Assembly (NCBI GenBank): GCA_020440605.1
Contig: JAGRNT010000005.1
Span: 128,404-192,403, forward strand
Direction of reading: 5' to 3'
DNA length: 64,000 nt
Source: a bacterium
GTDB lineage: Bacteria > 4484-113 > JAFGCY01
Below are positions 25,594 to 33,967 of this stretch, one piece after another. The position numbers were made by a program, and so were the translations under genes. The notes beneath the pieces were generated by a model that saw nothing but the letters and a program-made list of their open reading frames with translations, had not been told where the DNA came from and made no database searches. The first letter of the stretch is position 1. Each line of letters opens with the position of its first letter.

Positions 25594-27276
25594 ATGCCGC
25601 GACTGACCCACTGCCTGCTGTGCCTCACGCTTCTGGCCACGCTAGCGCTGCCCTGTGGCACGAGCGCTGCCCCTGACTCCTCCGGGCCGGCCTTCCCGCG
25701 CCTCGTGATGTGGTATCCCACGCACCCGAAGACCCGCATGGAGGACCGTGCGCGCTTCGACCTGTTCGTGGGTGACTTCGCCACCGGCGTTCCCGGTGAA
25801 CGGCCCAGCGGCAGGAACAAGGGCAGGACCCTGGCCTCCGAGCTGCGCCGTGCCAACGGCAGCACGCAGCTGCTGACCTACTACCGGCCGCTGGTGATCC
25901 GCCCCAGCTCACTCTACGAGGGGACGCGCAAGCACAATCCGCTGCTGGGCAGCTGGCCCGTGAACTGGTTCATGACCGAGGCCGGCAGCAGCCTCGCGGC
26001 CCCGCTCACTGCAGGCGACACGCAGCTGAAGGTGGTGGACTGGGAGCAGTCGGGCGAGGCCCAGGGCAGCCGCCCGCGCAGCTGGGTGATCTGGAAGGCC
26101 AGCCAGGATATCCAGGTCGACAATGAGATCATGACGATCAGCGCCGTGGATGAAGCCACGCGCACGCTCACCGTACAGCGCGGCATGAACGGCACGCAGG
26201 CTGCGGCGCATGCGGCCGGGACGCGCACTGCCCCGCTGGCCCGCTTCTGGCGCGGCAGCTACATCATGAACCTCACCGACACCAGCGGCACTGCCAGTCT
26301 GGACGGGGCCGGAAGCGCCGAGGACTACGCCGGCTACGCCTTCCGCATGGGCCTTGAGGGTGCCAACGAGTGGTTCGGCTACATCGGAGGCGACCAGGAC
26401 GGCTTCCTCTGGGACATGCTGCCTGACAACCTGAGCTGGCTGATGTGGACCGACACCCGCAGCCTGGATCTCGACCGTGACAACGTCCCCGACAGCTTCG
26501 CGAGTCTCGACAGCGCCTGGGAGCGTGCGCTCGCCCGGCAGAATGCCATGTTCGCCGAGCGCTTCCCCGGCAAGGCGATCGTGCGCAACCAGAGCCGCAG
26601 CCGCGACTTCGACAGCTACAACGGCGAAAGCTTCGTCTCCTTCCCGCACGACCAGTGGAACGGCGGCGACCCGGATGACACCGCGGGCTGGACGCGCTTC
26701 TGGCATGACGTGTTCCTCGGCGGCCCGGAGGAGGCGCGCGGCGGGATCGCGCAGTTCCAGCAGGGCAATGTCACGCCGAACTTCACGCAGATCATCACCG
26801 ACGACCTGGAGATGGACCTCGACAGTGCGGGCTTCCCGGAGCTGAAGAACCCGGAGACGGCCTCGCGCTTCAGGCCGAACTACCGCAAGATGCGCTGGGG
26901 TCTGTGCTCGGCGCTGCTTTCCGGCAGCTACTACGGCTACGTGATCACCACGGACGGCTACGGCCTGCGCGGGATCGAGTGGTTCGATGAATATGACGAC
27001 GCCGGCAGCGGCCGCGGCTACCTCGGCTTCCCGCAGGGCGAGATGCAGCAGCTGAGCAGAAGCGCTGACAACGCTGATCACGGTGTCTGGGGCCGCGAGT
27101 ATGACAACGGTTACGTGCTTGTCAACCCGCTTGAGCGCGCGGTGGAGGTGCAGCTGCCGGCCGGGAAATGGCAACGCATAAAGGGCACGCAGGTCCCGGA
27201 GGTCAACAGCGGCGCAGTCGAGGAGGGCAGTGTGACGGTGCCGGCCTTTGACGGACTGATTTTGAAGAGGATCTAG
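25594..27276 (+). CDS. secreted protein, possible glycoside-hydrolase-like TIM-barrel (polysaccharide processing)
   Basis: Signal peptide MPRLTHCLLCLTLLATLALPCGTSAAP. 560 aa, Trp/Asp-rich. The context with MBOAT/SGNH/TPR-porin suggests a PelA-like role. No catalytic motif confirmed. Confidence 0.5.
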   Translation: MPRLTHCLLCLTLLATLALPCGTSAAPDSSGPAFPRLVMWYPTHPKTRMEDRARFDLFVGDFATGVPGERPSGRNKGRTLASELRRANGSTQLLTYYRPLVIRPSSLYEGTRKHNPLLGSWPVNWFMTEAGSSLAAPLTAGDTQLKVVDWEQSGEAQGSRPRSWVIWKASQDIQVDNEIMTISAVDEATRTLTVQRGMNGTQAAAHAAGTRTAPLARFWRGSYIMNLTDTSGTASLDGAGSAEDYAGYAFRMGLEGANEWFGYIGGDQDGFLWDMLPDNLSWLMWTDTRSLDLDRDNVPDSFASLDSAWERALARQNAMFAERFPGKAIVRNQSRSRDFDSYNGESFVSFPHDQWNGGDPDDTAGWTRFWHDVFLGGPEEARGGIAQFQQGNVTPNFTQIITDDLEMDLDSAGFPELKNPETASRFRPNYRKMRWGLCSALLSGSYYGYVITTDGYGLRGIEWFDEYDDAGSGRGYLGFPQGEMQQLSRSADNADHGVWGREYDNGYVLVNPLERAVEVQLPAGKWQRIKGTQVPEVNSGAVEEGSVTVPAFDGLILKRI

Positions 27277-27800
27277 GTTCTAGGTGCTCGGTACTAGGTT
27301 CTAGGGCTGGCGTATCAATGGTCCGTGAAGTAAGCTGCTGGAAACCACAAAAGGAATATCTCCATGGATATCCAGTCTCATCGCGACCTGATTGTCTGGC
27401 AACGTTCCATGCAGCTTGTCAGGCAGGTTTATGAACTCACTCGCCGATTTCCACGGGAGGAGCTTTACGGACTCACTTCGCAACTGAGGCGAGCAACCGT
27501 GTCCATTCCGGCGAATATCTCCGAAGGGCATGGCCGGGGCACGCGCAGGGATTACGCCCACTTCGTGACTATGGCAATGGGAAGCGCTTGTGAGGTGGAA
27601 ACTCTGCTCGAAACGAGTGTGATCGTCGGCATTGTTTCCTATGACGAGATTCGCATTTGTGCGGGTCTTCTTGACGAAACGGGAAGAATGCTAAGGGTGC
27701 TCCGCAGGAGACTGCTGAGTCGGGAATAGCTGAAATGGCCGGAGTTGGCAGGGATTCCCCTAGCACCTAGCACCTCACACCTAGAACCTAGTTCGACTTA
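27258..27800. mobile_element. MITE-like element with CTAGG-rich terminal inverted repeats carrying a four-helix-bundle gene
   Basis: Left TIR ctaggttctaggtgctcggtactaggttctaggg. Right TIR cctagcacctagcacctcacacctagaacctag is its near reverse complement. Confidence 0.45.
27364..27729 (+). CDS. four-helix-bundle protein (23S rRNA intervening-sequence protein family, TIGR02436)
   Basis: IVWQRSMQLVRQVYELTRRFPREELYGLTSQLRRATVSIPANISEGHGR is the family hallmark. AAGGA RBS. Confidence 0.8.
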   Translation: MDIQSHRDLIVWQRSMQLVRQVYELTRRFPREELYGLTSQLRRATVSIPANISEGHGRGTRRDYAHFVTMAMGSACEVETLLETSVIVGIVSYDEIRICAGLLDETGRMLRVLRRRLLSRE

Positions 27801-28510
27801 CTGGGTAAATACGGAATCAGCCGCTGGGCCAGTTCACGGATCACCTGGTGCTGCAGCCAGACCTTGCCCGGGCCGGTCAGCGTTGCCAATGCCAGGCCCT
27901 CACCCGAAAGGAAGATGTTCTTGAGCTTCTTCTGGATCTCGAAGTTGTAGGTCACCGTGTCCTCGAAGGCCGCGATATGCCCCGTGTCCACCTTGATGGT
28001 CTGGCCGGCCTCCAGCTCCATCGCGGACAGCTCACCGTCGATCTCCAGGAAGACCGTGCCCGGACCGCTCATGCGCTGCAGGATGAAGCCCTCCCCGCCG
28101 AGGAAGCCCTTGCCGAGCCCCGTCGGCTCCAGCTTGACCGTGCAGCTGTCCTGGCTGCAGAGGAAACTGCCGCGCTGCGCGAGCAGGCTGCGTCCCGGCT
28201 GGATGTCATAGGGCACGATATGCCCGGGGAAGCTCGAGGCGAAGGCCACGCGGCCGCTGGAGCCCTCGGCCTGGAAGTAGTTCATGAAGATGCTTTCGCC
28301 GGCCACCGCACGCCCGAGCGCGCCGCCGATCATCCCCATCAGCCCGCCGCCGCTTTCCGGCATCGAGGTGTCGAGGTCGATGTTGGGGTCCATCCAGATC
28401 ATCCCGCCGGTCTCGCTCATCACGCGCTGCCCCGGCTGCAGCTGCAGCTCCACGATCTGGTGGATCGTCCCGCGGATCTCATAGTTCAGTCCCGTCGCGC
28501 TGATTGCCAT
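27788..28510 (-). CDS. TIGR00266/AIM24 family protein
   Basis: ATG at 28508-28510 (MAISATGLNYEIRG…). Repeated beta-rich segments (…GEGFILQRMSGPGTVFLEIDGEL…TLTGPGKVWLQ) are typical of DUF124/AIM24. Confidence 0.7.
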   Translation of the reverse strand: MAISATGLNYEIRGTIHQIVELQLQPGQRVMSETGGMIWMDPNIDLDTSMPESGGGLMGMIGGALGRAVAGESIFMNYFQAEGSSGRVAFASSFPGHIVPYDIQPGRSLLAQRGSFLCSQDSCTVKLEPTGLGKGFLGGEGFILQRMSGPGTVFLEIDGELSAMELEAGQTIKVDTGHIAAFEDTVTYNFEIQKKLKNIFLSGEGLALATLTGPGKVWLQHQVIRELAQRLIPYLPSKSN

Positions 28511-28591
28511 TGCCAGTCTCCCTCTGCGGCTGCTGCCGTGCTGGGCTGATTCTAGCAGGCAAATGTGCACGCGCGCCTATAATCAGGGGAC

Positions 28592-30472
28592 ATGCCAGCG
28601 GGACAGCGACAGCGGGTGGAAAGCGGTGCACTGTGCTTCGAGTACGGTCCGCTGCCGCAGCTCGGGGAGCTGCAGGACCACGCCGCACTTGTGGATCAGC
28701 TGCGCGCGCCGCTGCGCATCCTGCAACAGGGCGAAACCCTGCATGAATCCGGCCCGGATTTCCCGCTGCTGGAGTTCGCGCTGGACTTCGCGAGCTGGTG
28801 CTGCCCGCATGCCTTCTGGCTGTTCGAGCAGCATCCGCGCCTGCGCGATGAAATGGAACACCTGCCCGGCGGGCTCGGCAGTGCGGACTTCGCCGCAGTG
28901 GACAGCGTGGGGGAGCTGCTGCTTGGCATCCAGGCCGAGGGGCCGCTGCTGCTGCTGCCGGATCCGCAGGCTGACAACGGACTGCGCAGTACTGCACTGC
29001 GCACTGAACCCGCCCAGCTCAGGGAGCTCGGGCAGCGCCTGCTCTCCACACTGGCGGCTGATCTGGCAACGCAGTCCGGCTGGGACATCACGCCGCTCGT
29101 GCGCCGCCGCTGGCGCATGGCACTCCTTGACAAACCGCGGCGCGGCCCGGCACCGGCGCTGGATGTGGCAACACGCCTGGCCTGGGAGAAGCGCCTGCTG
29201 CATGTGGATCAGGCCGGCTGGCAACTGAGCTTCAGCCTGGCGGAGCCGGCGCGCGACGTGGCCTCGCTTGAGGAACTGCCCGGCGTCGTCAGTGGCAGCC
29301 TGAGTCTGCGCGGCCCCTCCGGCAAGCTGCTGCAGCTGGAGGACTTCCCGCTGCTGGAATTCGCCCTGACGGCGCTCGACTGGCTCAGCGATGCCGGGCA
29401 TGCCAGCCTGCGCCTCAGGCGTGGCAGCACTGAACCGCAGTGGGGCGGCTATGAACTGGGCAGCGCTGCCAATGGCAGCCTGCTCGTGGCCCTGCGCCGC
29501 CGCAGCGGCGGGGTGGAGATCCTCGGCCCCGGCCAGCGCGCACGCGGCAGCCTGCTGCCGGAGCAGCAGCTCGGCCGGTTGCTGCTGGAATTCGCCGCCG
29601 AACTGCTGCGCGAGCTGCATGCGCGCACGGGCTGGTCAGCCCTGCCGCTGTTTGGCAAGGCCCACGGCCATGTGATCGAGGCGCATCCGGCGGTGCTGCC
29701 GAACTTCGAACTGCTGCCGCTCATGCTGGAGCGGCCCGGCAGCCGCAGCCTGGCCGGCCGCGAGAAGTCCCTGCCCCTGCCGGCCACAGCGCTGACTGAT
29801 CTGGCCCCGGAGGTGCTGCTGGAGGGACCGGCCCCCGGCCTGGAGCTGCCGGAACCGCCCACGGCCAGTGCGCTCAGCCTGGAGCTGCGCCTGCTGGATC
29901 TGCCCCAGCGCCCGCAGACCCCCGCCGACCTGCAGGAGGCCCTGCGCTGCAGCGTGCAGCTCCGGCGCGGCAGCCGTCTGGCAATCGCCGACGAGGAGGG
30001 CCTGCCGCTGCTGGACTTCTGCCTGAACTGCCTCGTCTGGCTCTGCCGCCACGAAAGCGTCAGCCCGGCAGCCAGCCGTGAGCGTGACCCGCGCCGCCGC
30101 GGCCGGCCCGTGGACTTCATCCTCGCCTATCCGCAGCAGGGGGGCCTGCAGCTCGGCCTGCGCGAGGACCCGCATGGCTACCTGCTGCTGCTGGAACGGC
30201 CGGGGCGGCCCGTTGCCAGCCTGCTGCTCAGCCACAGTGAGGCCTGGATGCTGATGTTCGACATCGCCGCCGCACTGGTGCAGGGCGTGCATGCGCGCTG
30301 GGGCTGGGACATCCGCCCGCTGTTCGGCGCACGCAGCTACCACTTCAGCGAACGACCGCTGCAGCTCGTGCCGAGCATCGGCTATATGAACCTTGAGCGC
30401 GACGTGCGCGAACTGAGCGACTGGCGCCATGGGATCACCCGCGGCCCGGCGGGTTGCCTGCCGAGTTTCTAG
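28592..30472 (+). CDS. hypothetical protein with three internal repeats of about 190 aa
   Basis: 626 aa, Leu/Arg-rich. Repeated blocks DFPLLEFALDFASWCC…TQSGWDITPL, DFPLLEFALTALDWLSDAG…RTGWSALPLFG and GLPLLDFCLNCLVWLCRHE…RWGWDIRPLFG. TATAAT 8 nt upstream of the ATG. Confidence 0.6.
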   Translation: MPAGQRQRVESGALCFEYGPLPQLGELQDHAALVDQLRAPLRILQQGETLHESGPDFPLLEFALDFASWCCPHAFWLFEQHPRLRDEMEHLPGGLGSADFAAVDSVGELLLGIQAEGPLLLLPDPQADNGLRSTALRTEPAQLRELGQRLLSTLAADLATQSGWDITPLVRRRWRMALLDKPRRGPAPALDVATRLAWEKRLLHVDQAGWQLSFSLAEPARDVASLEELPGVVSGSLSLRGPSGKLLQLEDFPLLEFALTALDWLSDAGHASLRLRRGSTEPQWGGYELGSAANGSLLVALRRRSGGVEILGPGQRARGSLLPEQQLGRLLLEFAAELLRELHARTGWSALPLFGKAHGHVIEAHPAVLPNFELLPLMLERPGSRSLAGREKSLPLPATALTDLAPEVLLEGPAPGLELPEPPTASALSLELRLLDLPQRPQTPADLQEALRCSVQLRRGSRLAIADEEGLPLLDFCLNCLVWLCRHESVSPAASRERDPRRRGRPVDFILAYPQQGGLQLGLREDPHGYLLLLERPGRPVASLLLSHSEAWMLMFDIAAALVQGVHARWGWDIRPLFGARSYHFSERPLQLVPSIGYMNLERDVRELSDWRHGITRGPAGCLPSF

Positions 30473-30574
30473 TATGTGAGTTAAATGTCGAATGGAAACA
30501 AAACCTTCACAATTGTAATCAACTTGATTTCTAGAATGTAGATATGGTTCGATCGAGAAATTGCTATAGGAGGT

Positions 30575-31183
30575 CTATTCGAACAATACCTTTGACGTTA
30601 CTCTGTTTCCATTCTTTGCAAAACTATTTCCCAAGTTACGTGATTGCATTAGTGATTCAATGTTTACTACAGCACCAAAAGTGATGAATACATTATGAAA
30701 TCGATTAAAGTTCTGTCCCCAATAGATCATCGCACAGGACATTGGAGCACCTTTCCCCGTGTCTTTGCCGCATTCCAAAAATTTCAGTCTTGTGTCATAT
30801 AGGAAGCATATTCCGTTAGCTGCGCCCCACACGCTATTCTTCCAATGTGAAGTATTGGTTGCCACCGGTACTAAAGCCAATACTTCTGAGCCAAATTGTA
30901 TATGAGCCATATAACATTTTTCTAACCAGGAACTAATACGCGTTCCTCTTTGATGATCTTTGCCATAAGGTGGATTTACATAAATCGTTCTATAATTCCA
31001 AGTGTTTGCTAAGCCATCATTATCTGGTAGCATCCACTCAGTTTCTGCATTAACAATAGAATATTCACTTGAGCAAGGATCTAGTAATATTTGTCCACCG
31101 AAGAAATCTCGAACTGCATTAACATACTTTGCGGGTGTTCCCCAGTCTTGGCGTTTAGTGTAGATTGTGCGACCAGCGGTCAT
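30575..31183 (-). CDS. DNA N6-adenine methyltransferase, phage Dam-like (PF05869-type)
   Basis: ILLDPCSSEYS and YVNPPYGK (the DPPY-class motif IV). The first ATG at 31181-31183 overlaps the upstream gene's stop (ATGA). The gene is AT-rich compared with the rest of the window. Confidence 0.7.
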   Translation of the reverse strand: MTAGRTIYTKRQDWGTPAKYVNAVRDFFGGQILLDPCSSEYSIVNAETEWMLPDNDGLANTWNYRTIYVNPPYGKDHQRGTRISSWLEKCYMAHIQFGSEVLALVPVATNTSHWKNSVWGAANGICFLYDTRLKFLECGKDTGKGAPMSCAMIYWGQNFNRFHNVFITFGAVVNIESLMQSRNLGNSFAKNGNRVTSKVLFE

Positions 31184-32322
31184 TGCAGTATGTTTCTCCA
31201 ATCCTTTTGTGCTAGAGCTTTCAGATCTGCTCGAAGTTTGTCTAAATCCTGATCTCTCGGCGCGATGACATTATACCATGAATATATATGCGCAATATTC
31301 TCGTCAAAATACCTCATCAATTGCAAGTGCGCGTCCAAACCGATCTTAACTTTTGTGAACTGATTGTTTCCACTTTTTCCAGAATAACTGCTGCGAAAAA
31401 TATCTCTAATTATCGAATAATCTCCAGATGGATTTATAAGGAGATTGTGTATGAATTCTCCAATGCCTTCGTCTGTTAGGAAAAGCAACCAGTCGTAACT
31501 TTGCGCCAGAACTCTCATTTCTTTATTCATGTTTTCTGCAGTGAACCAATTTCCATGATTGCTTACGATGCCTATTGTCAACGTGAAATTTTCCAATGTG
31601 AATGGATCATTACTTTGAATAATAGTATCTAGAAAATTTGAATAATTATCAACAACTAGTTGTCCACTATTGTTTGCCTGAATACCGACGACGGTACCAT
31701 CTGGCATGCGGAAGCGCTGAAGTGATGATACGGTGCGAGCGACATACGCTCCCTGTTTTGCTTTTTCTATAGTTTGTGGACCCTTTTTCATTCCTTCTTC
31801 CACACCAACGCGCTTGCATTCAACGATTGCATAGGGCGATGAGTAGATTTTTACAATAGAGAGATTCGCTTTCATCTCCTTAAAATCAGAGAGAAACGCT
31901 TGATAGTATGTGTTTCCAGATTCTGCAATGACACAACTGTTTCTATAAACAAAGTCCTTGGACAATAATTGATTGTTCTTCTTGTCTGTCTCAATTTTTC
32001 TCCTAAGCTCATTTGGAACAGACTTGAGTATTCTGGCGGTTGACAGGGGTCGATCAATAAGCGAAACAGGGATAACTTCACTATCAATGATAGGATGTAA
32101 AGAGAATTCAACATTGTGTGCTATTTCGCTGTTTGAATATTCAGAAATTGTATTTTCTATAGAAATACTGTCTCGCAGTCCCCATGTAACAAGCGTGTAA
32201 TATGTCATCAATTCTACAAAAGTCCCTAACGCTCTACCCGCTGCCTTTTTCCTGTCTTTGGCATAACTAAAAACTGTTTCAGCAAGTTCATTCTGTAGCT
32301 TGTCCACTGAATCAGGTGTCAA
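31180..32322 (-). CDS. putative Type II restriction endonuclease (partner of the methyltransferase)
   Basis: 380 aa, AT-rich. TTG start with a GGGAGA SD. Candidate PD-(D/E)xK core …SPYAIVECKRVG…. Stop overlaps the MTase start. Confidence 0.4.
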   Translation of the reverse strand: MTPDSVDKLQNELAETVFSYAKDRKKAAGRALGTFVELMTYYTLVTWGLRDSISIENTISEYSNSEIAHNVEFSLHPIIDSEVIPVSLIDRPLSTARILKSVPNELRRKIETDKKNNQLLSKDFVYRNSCVIAESGNTYYQAFLSDFKEMKANLSIVKIYSSPYAIVECKRVGVEEGMKKGPQTIEKAKQGAYVARTVSSLQRFRMPDGTVVGIQANNSGQLVVDNYSNFLDTIIQSNDPFTLENFTLTIGIVSNHGNWFTAENMNKEMRVLAQSYDWLLFLTDEGIGEFIHNLLINPSGDYSIIRDIFRSSYSGKSGNNQFTKVKIGLDAHLQLMRYFDENIAHIYSWYNVIAPRDQDLDKLRADLKALAQKDWRNILQ

Positions 32323-32339
32323 GATTGTTCTCCCAGTTT

Positions 32340-32395
32340 AGTCTATTAGCTGCATAGCCCTTCGCTACACCCTAGCTCCCAGCTCCTACGTCCTT
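32340..32395. repeat. solo MITE-family-A terminal repeat
   Basis: gctacaccctagctcccagctcctacgtcc sits at the junction of the AT-rich island and high-GC DNA. Confidence 0.35.
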
Positions 32396-33607
32396 CTTTA
32401 TCACGCCATGCTTCTCGCCGCAGCGGATGAAGGCCTCCACGCAGTGGTCGATCTGCTCCGTGGTGTGGCTCGCTGACAACTGCACACGGATGCGGGCCTT
32501 GCCCATCGGCACCACCGGATGGCTGAAGCCGATCACGTAGATCCCCTCGTCCAGCATCGAGCGCGCCATGTCGGCAGCGAGGCGGGCATCGCCGAACATC
32601 ACTGGCACGATCGGGCTCTCGCCCTGCACCAGCGTGAAGCCCGCTGCCTCCATGCGCCTGCGGAAATGCGCAGCGTTGGCTTCCAGGGTGTCGCGCAGCG
32701 CGGTGCCTTCCGTCAGCATCTCCATCACTTCCAGCGCGCCGTAGATCACCGCAGGCGGCACGGCATTGCTGAACAGGTAGGGGCGGCCGCGGTTGCGCAG
32801 CAGGCTGACAATCTCCGGCGGGCCGGCCACCAGGCCTCCCGAGGCCCCGCCGAGCGCCTTGCCGAGCGTGGTGGTGATCACATCCACCCTGTCCATCACA
32901 TTGTGGTGCTCATGCGTGCCGCGCCCCGTCCGGCCGATGAAGCCCGTGGCATGGCTGTCGTCAACCACCAGCAGCGCGCCGTACTGCTCGCAGAGTTCGG
33001 CGATGCGGTCCAGCGGCGCGATCATCCCGTCCATGCTGAACACGCCGTCGGTGACGACGCAGATGCTGCGCGCCTTGTCCTTCCACATCTGCAGCTTCTT
33101 CTCGAGGTGCGCCGTGTCGCTGTTCTTGTAGGTGTCGCGCTGGGCCTCGCAGAGCCGGATGCCGTCAATCAGCGAGGCGTGGATCAGGCGGTCGGAGATG
33201 ATCACGTCCTCCCTGCCGAAGAACACCTCGAAGAAGGCCGCGTTGGCATCGAAGCAGCTCGCAAACAGGATCGCCTCCGGCATCCCGAGGAACTCCGCCA
33301 GGCGCTGCTCCAGCTCGTTGTGGCTGTCCTGCGTGCCGCAGATGAAGCGCACGCTGGACATGCCGTAGCCGCGCTCATCGAGCCCGCGCCGGGCCGCCTC
33401 CACCACCCGTGGATGGCTGGCCAGCCCGAGGTAGTTGTTGGCGCAGAAGTTGAGCACGCGGCGCGGGGCGCTGCCCAGCGGGTACTCGACCTCGATCTCC
33501 ACGCCCTGGGCACTGCGGATGTAGCGCTCGTCCTTGCTCAGGCCGGCGGCGCTGAGTTCCTCCAGGGTCTGCGTGAGCCGCGTGCGCAGCTCGTTCGTAT
33601 ATGCCAT
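32372..33607 (-). CDS. alpha-oxoamine synthase, PLP-dependent (glycine C-acetyltransferase Kbl / serine palmitoyltransferase-like)
   Basis: Class II aminotransferase fold. VRFICGTQDSHNELE and the PLP-lysine region TLGKALGGASGGLVAG are present. 411 aa. Confidence 0.8.
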   Translation of the reverse strand: MAYTNELRTRLTQTLEELSAAGLSKDERYIRSAQGVEIEVEYPLGSAPRRVLNFCANNYLGLASHPRVVEAARRGLDERGYGMSSVRFICGTQDSHNELEQRLAEFLGMPEAILFASCFDANAAFFEVFFGREDVIISDRLIHASLIDGIRLCEAQRDTYKNSDTAHLEKKLQMWKDKARSICVVTDGVFSMDGMIAPLDRIAELCEQYGALLVVDDSHATGFIGRTGRGTHEHHNVMDRVDVITTTLGKALGGASGGLVAGPPEIVSLLRNRGRPYLFSNAVPPAVIYGALEVMEMLTEGTALRDTLEANAAHFRRRMEAAGFTLVQGESPIVPVMFGDARLAADMARSMLDEGIYVIGFSHPVVPMGKARIRVQLSASHTTEQIDHCVEAFIRCGEKHGVIKKDVGAGS

Positions 33608-33640
33608 CGGGGTTCCCCCTGCCGTCCGCGCGGACGGATC

Positions 33641-33895
33641 CTAATGCCTTTCCTGCAGCTTGCGGCTGACGAGGGACTGGATGCGGCTGACGGTCTCGAA
33701 TTCCTCCGTGCTGGCCTCGTCGTCGTCAATCTCGATCTCGAACTCCTGCTCGAGGTACAGCTTCAGGCTGACCATCGAGAATGAGTCCACGAGCCCGCTG
33801 GAGATCAGCGGGGTGTTGTCATCGACCTCGGTGCCGTCGTCAACGTATTCATCATGGATGAACTGGATGATCTTCTCGCGCAGCTCTCCGCTCAT
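33641..33895 (-). CDS. acyl carrier protein (dedicated, phosphopantetheine-binding)
   Basis: ATG at 33893-33895. ISSGLVDSFSMVSL contains the DSF/DSL phosphopantetheine-attachment Ser. Acidic, 84 aa. Confidence 0.65.
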   Translation of the reverse strand: MSGELREKIIQFIHDEYVDDGTEVDDNTPLISSGLVDSFSMVSLKLYLEQEFEIEIDDDEASTEEFETVSRIQSLVSRKLQERH

Positions 33896-33967
33896 GGCGC
33901 TCCTCCCACATTCTGGCAATCACCGCCAGGGCGGCGTCCACCATTATAGCGAAGTACGGCCTGCGGC

